From: an uncultured virus (IMG/VR IMGVR_UViG_3300047668_001392)
Lineage: Duplodnaviria > Heunggongvirae > Uroviricota > Caudoviricetes > Crassvirales
IMG/VR virus record: IMGVR_UViG_3300047668_001392
Reading direction: 5' to 3' (one strand)
Length of the DNA stretch: 64,000 nucleotides
The notes under the pieces were generated by a model. That model saw nothing but the letters and a program-made list of their open reading frames with translations, did not search any database and was not told the DNA's origin. Numbering within the stretch: position 1 is the stretch's first letter; each line of letters opens with the position of its first letter. Shown piece by piece: positions 9,880 through 20,169 of this stretch. The position numbers and the translations under genes are program-made.

Positions 9880-11232
9880 ATGGTATCTAAAAAGTTTTTC
9901 TTATTCCGTAGAACGGATCCAGTAGGGTCTGACAAAAGGTTTTCCGAAAACGGAACAGATATACCAATATTGGGTATTCCTGCGGATCAGGTAGCCTTTA
10001 TAACTGCTGGTAGAGGCTCGGTAACTTTGACTTTTAACGGAGCGGGAATGTATGAAAATAGCGAGTTGTTTATTGGGGACTCTATAGAGAAGACAAATGT
10101 ATCTATATCTTGTAAAGAAGGTTCGGAATTAAAACTTATAGAGAAGATTATTTTATTTGCATCTAAACCTGACGGAAAGACTATAATGAAATTTGATGCT
10201 GTAGAAGAAAGAGCTGCATTTGACGATGTTGTTATTTCTAATGTTACGGACATTAAAGCTAAGATTAAGTCTCAACCTACGGAAAGGGTTTCTCAAAAGA
10301 TTAGTACAGGGGACCCAGCTAGTAGGTTTAGGAATGTTATCGGAGGAATTAACTTTGGGAGCGCAACAAATAAGCCTTTCCTGGATTATAATCATGAGTT
10401 ACTTACAGGAGCTGACGATAGCACTTTAACTTTATGGAGAAACTCAGGTACAGGGTCTTCAGCTTATAATTTAGCCAACCATACTGGAACGGTAACGGTA
10501 CAAACCGAAGCCACGGCTTTAGCTACAGGGCTAAGCAAGGCTTGCGCTCAGTTTGCAGTAGGCACGTTTTTAGATATACCATCAGTAACTATAGAAGACG
10601 ATTACACTATATACTTTGCTATAGGTGACCCTGGTGTAGGAACAAACTCTTTTGGAGTTTTATTTGGAGACGACGACGGAGAGACTTTAGGCTTTTCTAG
10701 CGAAGGTTATAACAGTTTGTTTACTATGAGGCACGATGGGTTATCGGGTAAGCCTTTTGATGTAGATGCAAACACGGATGAGAACGGAAGTATAAGATAT
10801 GCCTTTCCTGATAAATCTAGGACAACAGAGATCGGGTCGAGACAATTCTGCTACACATTCGTCATCAGAAGGGATAAGGATTTTAACGTATATTTACACA
10901 ATCACGAAGGTGAGATTGTAGCTTTTGTCCCCGCCTTTACGGAGAAGAGCACAAGTAAAGTTGTAACTAAAATTAAATCTAAACCCACTGAAAAAAGTAA
11001 AGGCATATACGAGAAAACTACCACCCCTATTACTTCTAAGGTAACAGCAGGTTCTTCAAATAGAACTGACGGAAACCTTCTTTTAGAACAACTTGGGTCA
11101 TCTGACGAGAATATCACATCTAGCTTTTCTGGTACTCTAGCAAGATTTGGCGTTATAAAAAGAGACATAGGGAACGGAGGTGCATCGCAACTAGCAAAAG
11201 ATTTGTACGAGTTGTACAAACCAAATTTATAA
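9880..11232 (+). CDS. structural protein: family C-like N-domain plus ConA/LamG-like domain
   Basis: KKFFLF..IPADQV N-terminus; DYTIYFAI, FVIRRD..VYLHN, FSGTLARFGVI..LYELY pattern. Confidence 0.55.
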   Translation: MVSKKFFLFRRTDPVGSDKRFSENGTDIPILGIPADQVAFITAGRGSVTLTFNGAGMYENSELFIGDSIEKTNVSISCKEGSELKLIEKIILFASKPDGKTIMKFDAVEERAAFDDVVISNVTDIKAKIKSQPTERVSQKISTGDPASRFRNVIGGINFGSATNKPFLDYNHELLTGADDSTLTLWRNSGTGSSAYNLANHTGTVTVQTEATALATGLSKACAQFAVGTFLDIPSVTIEDDYTIYFAIGDPGVGTNSFGVLFGDDDGETLGFSSEGYNSLFTMRHDGLSGKPFDVDANTDENGSIRYAFPDKSRTTEIGSRQFCYTFVIRRDKDFNVYLHNHEGEIVAFVPAFTEKSTSKVVTKIKSKPTEKSKGIYEKTTTPITSKVTAGSSNRTDGNLLLEQLGSSDENITSSFSGTLARFGVIKRDIGNGGASQLAKDLYELYKPNL

Positions 11233-11248
11233 TTAAATATAATATATC

Positions 11249-12091
11249 ATGACCGATAAAGTCAAAACGGCCCCTGAGCGCCCTAAAGCTCAAACAAAAA
11301 AGGCTTCAACAGAGCCAACGTTTACTCCCGCATCTCCTGTAAAGAAGCAGCGCTCTATTAAGCGTAAAGAACAGATCCTTCACCACGCGGAATATGAAAT
11401 TCCGAAAAACGCTGGGATAGTATATATGTTACCTCAAAAAGGCATCACTGTATACGACGCGGAGAAAGATACTGTACGTGAAATGCGCTACTGTCCAAAC
11501 GAACCCTCTATATGGGCGGATGAACAGGGGAAACATGCTCGTAAAGAAACCGTAGCCTTTAGGGAAGGTAAGTTATTTGCCCCTAAAGACAAACCTAACT
11601 TGCGTCAGTTTTTAGACCTACACCCTATGAACATTAAAAATGGGGGAAAGATTTTTAAGCAAATAGATAAGAAGCAAGATGCAGAGATCGAGTTGAAGAA
11701 AGAATTCCTTCTTACAGATGCCATCGGTATGGTAAGAGATAAGGATATCAACGAACTTCTTCCTATTGCGCTATACTTCGGAGTAAATATCAACACTCCT
11801 GTAACGGAGATTAGATACAATCTACTGAATATTGCTAAAAAGAAGACAGAGGAGTTTATTCAATCCTTTGATTCTCCGCAGGTTCAAACTAGATCTACCG
11901 TGCAACAAGCGAAGGACTACCAGATTATAAACGTTAACGACAATGGGTGTTACTGGTTCGATTCAAATAGACTTATTGTCTCAGTCCCAGTGGGGCAGGA
12001 CGCTATGGATGTTATGGTAAGGTTTTGCCTTACTGAAAAAGGAGCATCTGTATTATCAACTTTAGAAGATAGGTTAGATAGATTAGGGTAA
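11249..12091 (+). CDS. conserved protein of crAss-related/Bacteroidota podophage structural modules
   Basis: MRYCPNEPSIWADEQ..FREGKL..FLDLHPMN; lies between capsid and ring genes. Confidence 0.6.
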   Translation: MTDKVKTAPERPKAQTKKASTEPTFTPASPVKKQRSIKRKEQILHHAEYEIPKNAGIVYMLPQKGITVYDAEKDTVREMRYCPNEPSIWADEQGKHARKETVAFREGKLFAPKDKPNLRQFLDLHPMNIKNGGKIFKQIDKKQDAEIELKKEFLLTDAIGMVRDKDINELLPIALYFGVNINTPVTEIRYNLLNIAKKKTEEFIQSFDSPQVQTRSTVQQAKDYQIINVNDNGCYWFDSNRLIVSVPVGQDAMDVMVRFCLTEKGASVLSTLEDRLDRLG

Positions 12092-12110
12092 ATATATTCT
12101 AACTTGACAG

Positions 12111-12143
12111 GAAAGCCGCCTTAATAGGGCGGCTTTTCTTTTT
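12111..12143 (+). terminator. intrinsic terminator
   Basis: GAAAGCCGCC-ttaatag-GGCGGCTTTTCTTTTT. Confidence 0.9.
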
Positions 12144-12145
12144 CG

Positions 12146-12153
12146 TATATTTG
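12146..12153 (+). promoter_or_regulatory. Bacteroidetes -7 promoter box
   Basis: TATATTTG directly after a terminator, 4 nt before ATG 12158. Confidence 0.75.
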
Positions 12154-12157
12154 TGGT

Positions 12158-12910
12158 ATGGTTAGCGTACTACAAGTATATAACACACTAAAAGATCTTG
12201 CTAATAAAGACCAAAAAGGCTTTATTACACCTGCTGTGTTTAATAATTTTACTAATGTAGCTCAGATTAACATATATAACGAGTTATTCCAAGAGCTTAT
12301 TAAGGCTAAACAAATCCAACGCCAAAACTTTGACCCAGGTAGAGATAAATCTGTCCGAAAGCAAGTTAAAGAAGACCTTTCTTATTTTGTTGTTGGCGAT
12401 TTAGAGATTACTGGTGACGAGACTATATTCTTTAAACCAGATAACCTATCTAAGATTATATCAATATCTACATCGGAAGAAAAAAAAGGTGACGAAGATT
12501 ACGAAGATAGCGAATACACTAGGAGACCCGTTGAACTTGTTTACGACGTAGAGGAAATAGATAGAATCCTTACTAGTAATCTTTCTACGCCTACAGAAAG
12601 CTTTCCTGTTGCTTTAATCACTCAGGATATTGAAGTTTTCCCATCCACTATAACCAATATTAAATTAACATACTATAGACTGCCTGGCTCTATTAAAGAA
12701 TCAGACGGAAGTTTTGGTGACTATTCTCCTGCATATACTGAGGTTTCAATAGGGGGTGTGAATGTCTTCAGCCCTTTAAATAGTTTGAACTTTATGTTAC
12801 CTTCTCATTACTTAACGGAGTTAGTTATGGAGATGGCAAAGTTAATCGGGGTAAGACTAAGAGACCCTAATATCGTCGGGTTTGCGGCACAAGAAGAAGC
12901 ATCTGAGTAA
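12158..12910 (+). CDS. tail ring / tubular adaptor protein
   Basis: LANKDQKGFITPAVFN..AQ, LTYYRLP, LIGVRLRD motifs typical of crAss-like ring proteins. Confidence 0.7.
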   Translation: MVSVLQVYNTLKDLANKDQKGFITPAVFNNFTNVAQINIYNELFQELIKAKQIQRQNFDPGRDKSVRKQVKEDLSYFVVGDLEITGDETIFFKPDNLSKIISISTSEEKKGDEDYEDSEYTRRPVELVYDVEEIDRILTSNLSTPTESFPVALITQDIEVFPSTITNIKLTYYRLPGSIKESDGSFGDYSPAYTEVSIGGVNVFSPLNSLNFMLPSHYLTELVMEMAKLIGVRLRDPNIVGFAAQEEASE

Positions 12911-13788
12911 TGAGTATGAACAAAGTAAAACTATCCCAGATTATAAATGACTTTATAATTACCTCTGATGGAGATGACTATGCTAATAACGCATCGGATT
13001 CTGCAATAAGAAACTTTGCGCTTAGAGGGATTAGAGAGATAGGATTTGATTTAGGTAAAAAGATTAAATCTATAAAAAGGACTGTAGATACTACTAACGA
13101 TACAGTAGCGTTACCAGACGACTTTGTAGATTTACTCAAATTAGGTATTGTTGGGGCGGATGGAGTAATCCATGTACTCAACCAAAACAAACATATTAAC
13201 TACTCTGGACAAATAAAGCAGGATACAACTGCAGCCACAACGAATGCAGCTGGCACTGTTATAGATGATGACACTACAAGTGTAAAAGATAGCCAGGATG
13301 GACCTTTAAATATTGAAGCGAACGAAATATTAAATAGAGAAGCATCTAAAAGCTCTACTACAGGCTCTACGGCTTCAGGAGACCAAGATTTCTACCTATT
13401 TCAGAACTATCTCCACCAGGGGGGTCTAGGAGGCCTATACGGCGTAGGAGGGGGTCATGCGGTAGGTCAGTATAGATTGAACCTAGATCAGGACAGAATA
13501 GAGCTTAAAATGAGCGGTTCGGGTTCTGAGGTGGTATTAGAGTATATTGCTGACGAAGCTAGATCTACCGATCCAGAGGTGCATGTGTATGCAGAAGAGG
13601 CCTTACGTTGCTATATATACTATAAAATAGTAGAAAGGAAGTCTAGTGTGCCTGCAAACGAAAAGGCTAGAGCTAGGGTGGAATATTATAACGAGAGAAG
13701 AAAAGCTAATTCTAGATTAAGCAACTTTACTAAAGAAGAAGCATTAAGTACTATACGTAGAAACTTTATGCAGGCACCTAAGTACTAA
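12910..13788 (+). CDS. tail ring / tubular protein
   Basis: RGIREIGFD, LPDDFVD, VVLEYIAD, EEALRCYIYY. Confidence 0.7.
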   Translation: MSMNKVKLSQIINDFIITSDGDDYANNASDSAIRNFALRGIREIGFDLGKKIKSIKRTVDTTNDTVALPDDFVDLLKLGIVGADGVIHVLNQNKHINYSGQIKQDTTAATTNAAGTVIDDDTTSVKDSQDGPLNIEANEILNREASKSSTTGSTASGDQDFYLFQNYLHQGGLGGLYGVGGGHAVGQYRLNLDQDRIELKMSGSGSEVVLEYIADEARSTDPEVHVYAEEALRCYIYYKIVERKSSVPANEKARARVEYYNERRKANSRLSNFTKEEALSTIRRNFMQAPKY

Positions 13789-16700
13789 TGGCTATAGATA
13801 AGATCATACCAATCAGACTAGATAAATCGTCTGACTTTAAGTTGGTGCCTAAAACCAGCATGGTTGATGCTCTTAATATGCTTATTACAGAGAATGAATC
13901 TAGTGGAGACAATGGATCTACTGGTAACTTAGGTGTACTTAAAAATATAAAAGGTAACGATCCAATATCATACCTATCGGGACATAATATAGCGGCGGGG
14001 AATGCTAAGATAATTGGTAGTGTTACAGACACTAAGCTTAAGATAGTATACTTTTTTGTTTGGCATACAATTGCTTCGGAGCACGGGGTATATGCTTACG
14101 ATCAGATTGGGAAGCTTCCTATTTCTGGGGGTACCAAAGGAAAAATAGTAAGGATACACAAGTCCGCTTTATATGCCTTCCCCGAACATGGATACGTAAA
14201 GGGTAATATAATATACACCTCTCAGACTAGGTTAGATGATAGTGAAATAAAGCCAGGGGCAAAGAAAGACTTTGAGAAAGACGCTATACTCTACTTTACT
14301 GACAATACTAACGAGCCACGTAAGATAAACGTATATCAGGCTATGTTGGGAGAGGATAGCTCTTATGAATTAGATGATAAGATAGACTTTATTACAGCCT
14401 GCCCAAAGACGCCTTTAACTCCTATAGAGTTTGAGTTTATGGCTGACTCGTCTAGAACAACAAGTAACTTTAAGTCTGGTCCTGGATTTCAATTTGCATA
14501 TCAATTCATCTCTAAAGACGGGGTGGAGTCTGCTATATCTCCGTATTCAGATATAGCTTTTTCTCCAGGTATAATAAACCAAGGCGGGCTAACCGTCGTA
14601 GACCATTCCCTTCATAACGTATGTATTCTTAAAATACCTAACGCTGGAGCGGAAATAAAAAACATTCGGATATTAGCTCGGCAGTTTAACAACCCAGAAT
14701 TAGTCGTATTAGACGAGGTTTCTAATACTGAAATTCAAGAAAATTGGGTGCTCGCAGCTAGGGCGTATTATTTCTATAACGACAGAATTGTTAGGGGGGT
14801 TAGTAATAACGAAGTAAATAAACAATTTGATAACCTTCCCAGAAAAGCCCAAGCGCAGTCTGTAGTAGACAACAGGTTGATGTACGGGAACTACTTAGAA
14901 GGCTTTGATAACGTAAAAACGCAATGTAGCGCTAGTGTTTCTTTTGAAAACAGAGGCGTAGAGTTGATAGATTTAAAAGTAAGGCTAATTCCAGCCATAT
15001 CTGAGCAGCAGTGGGCGTATGATGTTGAATATGGGGCGGGAAATATAGACACGACGGACAATCTTGGTCAAAGTCTAAATCAATCTTCTGGGGCTAGGAA
15101 TAAAAGTGCTGGGTATATAATAGATTGCCAAGAGATGCCTATAGATATTGCAGCGGGATCTGTATATAACATTACCGTTCAAATCAGCCCTAACAATAAT
15201 TTTCATGTATATCAAGCCACTGACTCTTACCATCAGTCTAGGCATAGGGGAGCTTTTCAACAAGGTCTTGAGTATCAAATAGATTACTCAATGCTTCCAG
15301 AAGCTGGCAACTGGTCTGGAGAAGGAAGTATTAACCAAGCGTCACCATATGGCGGTGAAGAAGGACAATGGGTAAACAATGAAGGAAATGACAATCCCTT
15401 TTATGGTCATCAAGGATTAGGTAGATCGGGAGCGGAATGGATCGGAGATAGGATACCTAACCCTATTCTTGCAGGCGAAGGCATGTATTCTACTTCTAAC
15501 GCTGAGTTCTGGGGAATACCTTATTCTGGAGACAATTTTGGTGTAACTGGCAACTCTGATATTGGTAACGCGGGAACTGGACCTGATGCTCCAGAATGGA
15601 AGACGATTATGGGGGCTAGTTTAAGCTCTGGCGAAACATCAAAAAAAGTAAACTTTGGTACTAGCGCAGGAAACCCCTTAATTATTAAAGGGGGCCAGCT
15701 AGAGTTCTCATGTACGATTGAAGCTTTAATAGACATAGATAGCGTAGGAAGAGACGCTTTAACTTCGGCAATAGCTCAGGCTTTATCTGGGCAAGATATT
15801 ACCTGGGAAGGATATAATGCTTTTGAAGTAGTTAATGATGAGGTTGAGCCTCTTTACTCTTTAGATTTAGGGGGTGACATTTTTGATGGGAAACAAATAC
15901 CTGAAGGTAATTATCTTAGTAAACTTATTGTAGGGGCTGTAGAGGATGAACCTGGAGAAAGTACTATTTATAAAGCTCCTTTAGGGCATTTTATTGTGAA
16001 TAAAGCAGACGTAACGTTTTCCCTTGAAAGGGATGCGCCCTTTGCTGATATTGACCCTAAATACGAGATGGTAAGGCTTTGTATATCAAGTATAGAAAAC
16101 GTAGAAACATATAGTGTTTTTAAAAAGAAGTTCTATAACTCTCCGTGGTTTGCTTTTTCAAAAGACTACCTTACTGGATCTGGATCCGTTTTTAATCAAA
16201 ATGATTTTTTTGCTGACACTTCGTATGGGTTTGCTGGGGCTAGCGGAACGTTCAATCAGACTCTTTTTCAATATGAAGAACAAAATAATCTGGAAGATTG
16301 GGATTATATTTTCAATAATATTGTTGACGACTTCAATCCTAACGATTTAGATATAAGCGGAGATTTTGGAGTAACGGGTGTAGAAATAGCTGGCCTTGAA
16401 ACTAGCTTCTTAGCGGAGTCTATGGGGACTCCAGTAGGTGTAGATGCAGCGCCTTACGCAGCGCTTTTAGCAAACGTAAATCAATTACAAGAGCAACGGT
16501 TTTTAGGGTATTTAGACTTTACGCAAGACGGTGTTTTTAATCAATTTTTTAGATTTAATAAATCTCAATATCAGAATAAACCTCGATTATCTGGAGTAAA
16601 AGAATTGTCACCGTTTTCCGTCGTTGACGGAGAAGGAGGAATGGGAGGTAATTTATCTCACAATTTAGAGAATAGCCCTGGCTCAGTTAGTTTATCTTCT

Positions 16701-19700
16701 CACCCTAGAAGAATGCGTTTTAACGAAAGGCTTGTTAACAGCGAGCTTACTGGCTCTACTCAAGACCAAGTTATTCGTACTATTAGAGTAGCTGGACCTG
16801 AATTTACAGGTACGATAAACTCAAGGTATATACCGTCGCTTGACTCTTTAGTGCAGAACAATGTTGGAGGAGGTGGGGCAATTCAGCAACTTCAATCCAC
16901 TAGAACTTTTATTCCTCTTATGCAGGGTTCCCCAATTGAGGGTTTAAATACTGGAGATGATTTTCAATTTCCATATTCTTTTTACTCCACACAAGCTGTA
17001 GATTGGCCTTTTGTAATAGATTTCAATCAAAAACATTCTTATATAGAGTTATTAGGTGTCCCCTTTCTTTTTATTCCTGGAGGAGGTGAAGCTGTTTTTG
17101 ACCCAAACTCTTCCGTAGACAGGACTTTTAAATCTAATGCTGATCACGACTTTGGTATAATCTACTACGATGAGAGAGGAAGACATGGGTTCGTTAACCA
17201 CTTAAAAACAGTTCACGTACCAGGATATTCTTCTGCAGAAAGATTAGGAGCTATACACGGAAGAAGCGTAATAAATTTAAGTTTTTCTCATGACCCTCCT
17301 AAATGGGCTCATTATTATAAATTAGCTTACACAAAAAACACTAGCGTACAAAACTTTATTCAATATTCAGCGGGAGGAGCTTTTCGTGAGGATTTTGAAG
17401 GAAGCGGAGCGGAAGTCAGTAGTACGCTTATATATGTCTCTTTAAATTACTTGCAAGAAAGTTCTATGTCTTATGTAGCTGAATGGGGGGCTAGAAACCC
17501 ACAGGGTGGCTTAAGTATGTTTAAAGCTATAGATGGGGTTAGCCAAAAGCTAAGGGTTATTTCTGCGTATACCGATGGTGAGAATAGAGATTTCTTTTAT
17601 AACTATGAATTCGACATTGTTAATATGGTTCTTTTGGGGGATTCTGAAAACCCTTTAACTACAACGCCAGAAACTCACCCTGAAATGCAAGGGGAGTTTG
17701 TAATATTAAAAGACAATAGTAACGCAGATGGGTTTAATTGGGCATCTGTATTCGACGGATCGCATAAGTGGGGAAACAATTGCATAGTGGAGCTTTTTAC
17801 ACCTGCTAGAGATAGAGATGAAGACACTAGGTTTTATTACGAAATAGGCGATACTTACAATATTAACAACCCAGAAACAGACAACCCTACTCACAGTGTA
17901 TCTTCAGTAGTTTTAGATAAAGGAGATGTTTGGTGGAGAAGGGTTCCTGTTAACCTTAGGGAATATGATGGGGGGGAATTTACAGATTTGATTTTAAATG
18001 GTGACCCAGACGACTCTCTAACCTCTAATTTTAAACCTTATTATTTAGAGACAGAAACAGCTTCAGATCTATTTAAAGCTGACGCGACACTAATAGGAAG
18101 GCCTAATATAATCCTTGAAGACGCCATAGAGACTATTAGAGAGGCCAGTATAACATACTCAGGTCAAAGCAATCCTAACTCTAGCAAGATAAACTACTCT
18201 TCATTTAACCTAACCTTATCTAATTTTAAAGGACTACAAGAAGAGTTTGGGGATATAAACTACATGTGTAACATGGAGGGGGACGTATTCGTTATACAGT
18301 CCGATAGGTGTACGCTTGTCCCAGCTAGTAAGACTTTATTCTCAGACGTTCAAGGGTCAAGTACCGTAGCCGCCTCAAAGAGTCCTTTGGGACAGGAAAG
18401 GGTTTTTGCGGGTAGAGCGGGATGTGACAATAACCCAGAGTCTGTGGTACAGGTTGGAGCATACGTATACTTTGCACATAAAAACCTAGGGAGGGTCTAT
18501 AGATTCAATCCTGCCAACGGAATACAAGAGATTTCAGAGCAAGGTATGGCAAGCTACTTTAGAGGGATCTTTAAAGATGCTATGGATAAATCAGTTACCG
18601 CTGGCAACTTTATAAACTATGATGACGTAAGAGTAGTGGGTGGGTTTGACCCCGTAAACGAAGAGTACTTACTTACTGTTTTAGACCCTGAGACTTATGG
18701 GGTTACAGAAGGTACTGGTGGAGGCGGTTTCCCTGAAGGAGGAGGAGAAGTTATTGAAGACCTTACTACGATTAACTCTTTGGAGCAGCAGCTAAAGAAT
18801 GTAATGACAGCCTTCCTTACGGCGACACAACCTGATGGAGTTACACCTGCTTTTGATATTACCACTCTCCCACAAGAACTGCAAGCCTTCTATAACACAC
18901 CGTTAACAGACGGTAGAGATATTACTGCTTTTGACGGCAACGAAAACGATGTGTTTGATGCAGGGGAGATTGTTTCGATGTCGGATATACAGGTTGGCGT
19001 TCAGGAATCACTCAATAACTTCCTTGTTTCAGAGTTGGATATAACATTAGAAGCTATGGTGGAGATAATAAATCGTGCAGATGTTACTACTACTGATCGA
19101 GTAGTATTGTACGTGAATACAATGTTGCAGAGAATGGTAAACATTGATCACCAACTTAAACAAGGGGTTGTAAAGTTAAACGATTCTAGAAAATCGAGAG
19201 AAAGTAAGCACAATCAAAGTGCGCTGGACGCAAGCGTACCTGGTTTTGAAAACCCTTATTGGAAAAATACATATGACTTCAACGTTCAAGTTGAAGAAGG
19301 CTGGAGTGGCACATCTGACCTTCTTGTTGAGGCATATGAAGCATCTGGAGGTGATTTTACTGATCCAGCCTTGTTAGAGGCTATAACTGCGCTTCAAGCG
19401 GCACAGGACGCTTGGGGAGAAGAAAGCGGGTATACTAACAAACCCAGCAGAATTCAAACCCTAAAACAACTTTGGCTCTCTGCGGAATATCACACGCTCT
19501 TACAAAAGGTTTTTTCAGGTTACAACGTGTCGGGGGATGATAAAAGAGTTGGAGTTAATGAAATTTCTTCGAATACTCCTATGTATTCTTGGGGGGTTGA
19601 AAGTACGGGTGAATATTTAACGCCATTCACGCTTGCTAATAATCTTGGTGGAGTTTTAGAAGAGTTTAAAATTTATTTAAGAGGTTTAAAAGATGCGCGT

Positions 19701-20153
19701 ATGAGTATTGGGGGGCTAACAGAAGCAGAGGCTATACAAGAGATTGTCCCTGAAGAGTTCTTCAGTTCTTACATCGCAGCAAATCCGTTCCTTCAAGCGT
19801 CTTTACAAACTATTCTACAAGGTATAGCTACCTCTAATGGCGTAGAGGTTTCAGGGGTAACAGGATCGATGTTAGATGTCTGGGCAGGTAGTCAAACATC
19901 TAATGGAAATGGAGCATACAATTCGGTAGCAGAGGCTGTAGCTGCGGAAGGCATATCTACTAATCAAATTCAAGATTTTTTACAACAAATTGAATTAGTA
20001 AGCGCATCGCTCCCATCTGGAGGGTTTGATATTCTAAAATGGAAGTCTGATATTAATGGAGATGGTCAGATTGGGTCGGCAGATTTACTTTTCTTTTTAG
20101 CTACTTTCGGTGAACAACAATTATTCCCTGGGGATATAACATGGCTAATTTAA
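13788..20153 (+). CDS. tail stabilisation/muzzle protein (P22 gp10-like), N-terminal part with large insertions and a C-terminal dockerin-like motif
   Basis: LYFTDNTNEPRKIN, FAYQF..DG..S.ISPYS, NRLMYGNYLEG, FGIIYYDERGR, GCDNNPES, GGFDP..EEY. Confidence 0.8.
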   Translation: MAIDKIIPIRLDKSSDFKLVPKTSMVDALNMLITENESSGDNGSTGNLGVLKNIKGNDPISYLSGHNIAAGNAKIIGSVTDTKLKIVYFFVWHTIASEHGVYAYDQIGKLPISGGTKGKIVRIHKSALYAFPEHGYVKGNIIYTSQTRLDDSEIKPGAKKDFEKDAILYFTDNTNEPRKINVYQAMLGEDSSYELDDKIDFITACPKTPLTPIEFEFMADSSRTTSNFKSGPGFQFAYQFISKDGVESAISPYSDIAFSPGIINQGGLTVVDHSLHNVCILKIPNAGAEIKNIRILARQFNNPELVVLDEVSNTEIQENWVLAARAYYFYNDRIVRGVSNNEVNKQFDNLPRKAQAQSVVDNRLMYGNYLEGFDNVKTQCSASVSFENRGVELIDLKVRLIPAISEQQWAYDVEYGAGNIDTTDNLGQSLNQSSGARNKSAGYIIDCQEMPIDIAAGSVYNITVQISPNNNFHVYQATDSYHQSRHRGAFQQGLEYQIDYSMLPEAGNWSGEGSINQASPYGGEEGQWVNNEGNDNPFYGHQGLGRSGAEWIGDRIPNPILAGEGMYSTSNAEFWGIPYSGDNFGVTGNSDIGNAGTGPDAPEWKTIMGASLSSGETSKKVNFGTSAGNPLIIKGGQLEFSCTIEALIDIDSVGRDALTSAIAQALSGQDITWEGYNAFEVVNDEVEPLYSLDLGGDIFDGKQIPEGNYLSKLIVGAVEDEPGESTIYKAPLGHFIVNKADVTFSLERDAPFADIDPKYEMVRLCISSIENVETYSVFKKKFYNSPWFAFSKDYLTGSGSVFNQNDFFADTSYGFAGASGTFNQTLFQYEEQNNLEDWDYIFNNIVDDFNPNDLDISGDFGVTGVEIAGLETSFLAESMGTPVGVDAAPYAALLANVNQLQEQRFLGYLDFTQDGVFNQFFRFNKSQYQNKPRLSGVKELSPFSVVDGEGGMGGNLSHNLENSPGSVSLSSHPRRMRFNERLVNSELTGSTQDQVIRTIRVAGPEFTGTINSRYIPSLDSLVQNNVGGGGAIQQLQSTRTFIPLMQGSPIEGLNTGDDFQFPYSFYSTQAVDWPFVIDFNQKHSYIELLGVPFLFIPGGGEAVFDPNSSVDRTFKSNADHDFGIIYYDERGRHGFVNHLKTVHVPGYSSAERLGAIHGRSVINLSFSHDPPKWAHYYKLAYTKNTSVQNFIQYSAGGAFREDFEGSGAEVSSTLIYVSLNYLQESSMSYVAEWGARNPQGGLSMFKAIDGVSQKLRVISAYTDGENRDFFYNYEFDIVNMVLLGDSENPLTTTPETHPEMQGEFVILKDNSNADGFNWASVFDGSHKWGNNCIVELFTPARDRDEDTRFYYEIGDTYNINNPETDNPTHSVSSVVLDKGDVWWRRVPVNLREYDGGEFTDLILNGDPDDSLTSNFKPYYLETETASDLFKADATLIGRPNIILEDAIETIREASITYSGQSNPNSSKINYSSFNLTLSNFKGLQEEFGDINYMCNMEGDVFVIQSDRCTLVPASKTLFSDVQGSSTVAASKSPLGQERVFAGRAGCDNNPESVVQVGAYVYFAHKNLGRVYRFNPANGIQEISEQGMASYFRGIFKDAMDKSVTAGNFINYDDVRVVGGFDPVNEEYLLTVLDPETYGVTEGTGGGGFPEGGGEVIEDLTTINSLEQQLKNVMTAFLTATQPDGVTPAFDITTLPQELQAFYNTPLTDGRDITAFDGNENDVFDAGEIVSMSDIQVGVQESLNNFLVSELDITLEAMVEIINRADVTTTDRVVLYVNTMLQRMVNIDHQLKQGVVKLNDSRKSRESKHNQSALDASVPGFENPYWKNTYDFNVQVEEGWSGTSDLLVEAYEASGGDFTDPALLEAITALQAAQDAWGEESGYTNKPSRIQTLKQLWLSAEYHTLLQKVFSGYNVSGDDKRVGVNEISSNTPMYSWGVESTGEYLTPFTLANNLGGVLEEFKIYLRGLKDARMSIGGLTEAEAIQEIVPEEFFSSYIAANPFLQASLQTILQGIATSNGVEVSGVTGSMLDVWAGSQTSNGNGAYNSVAEAVAAEGISTNQIQDFLQQIELVSASLPSGGFDILKWKSDINGDGQIGSADLLFFLATFGEQQLFPGDITWLI

Positions 20154-20169
20154 TTATAAATAGATAGTT

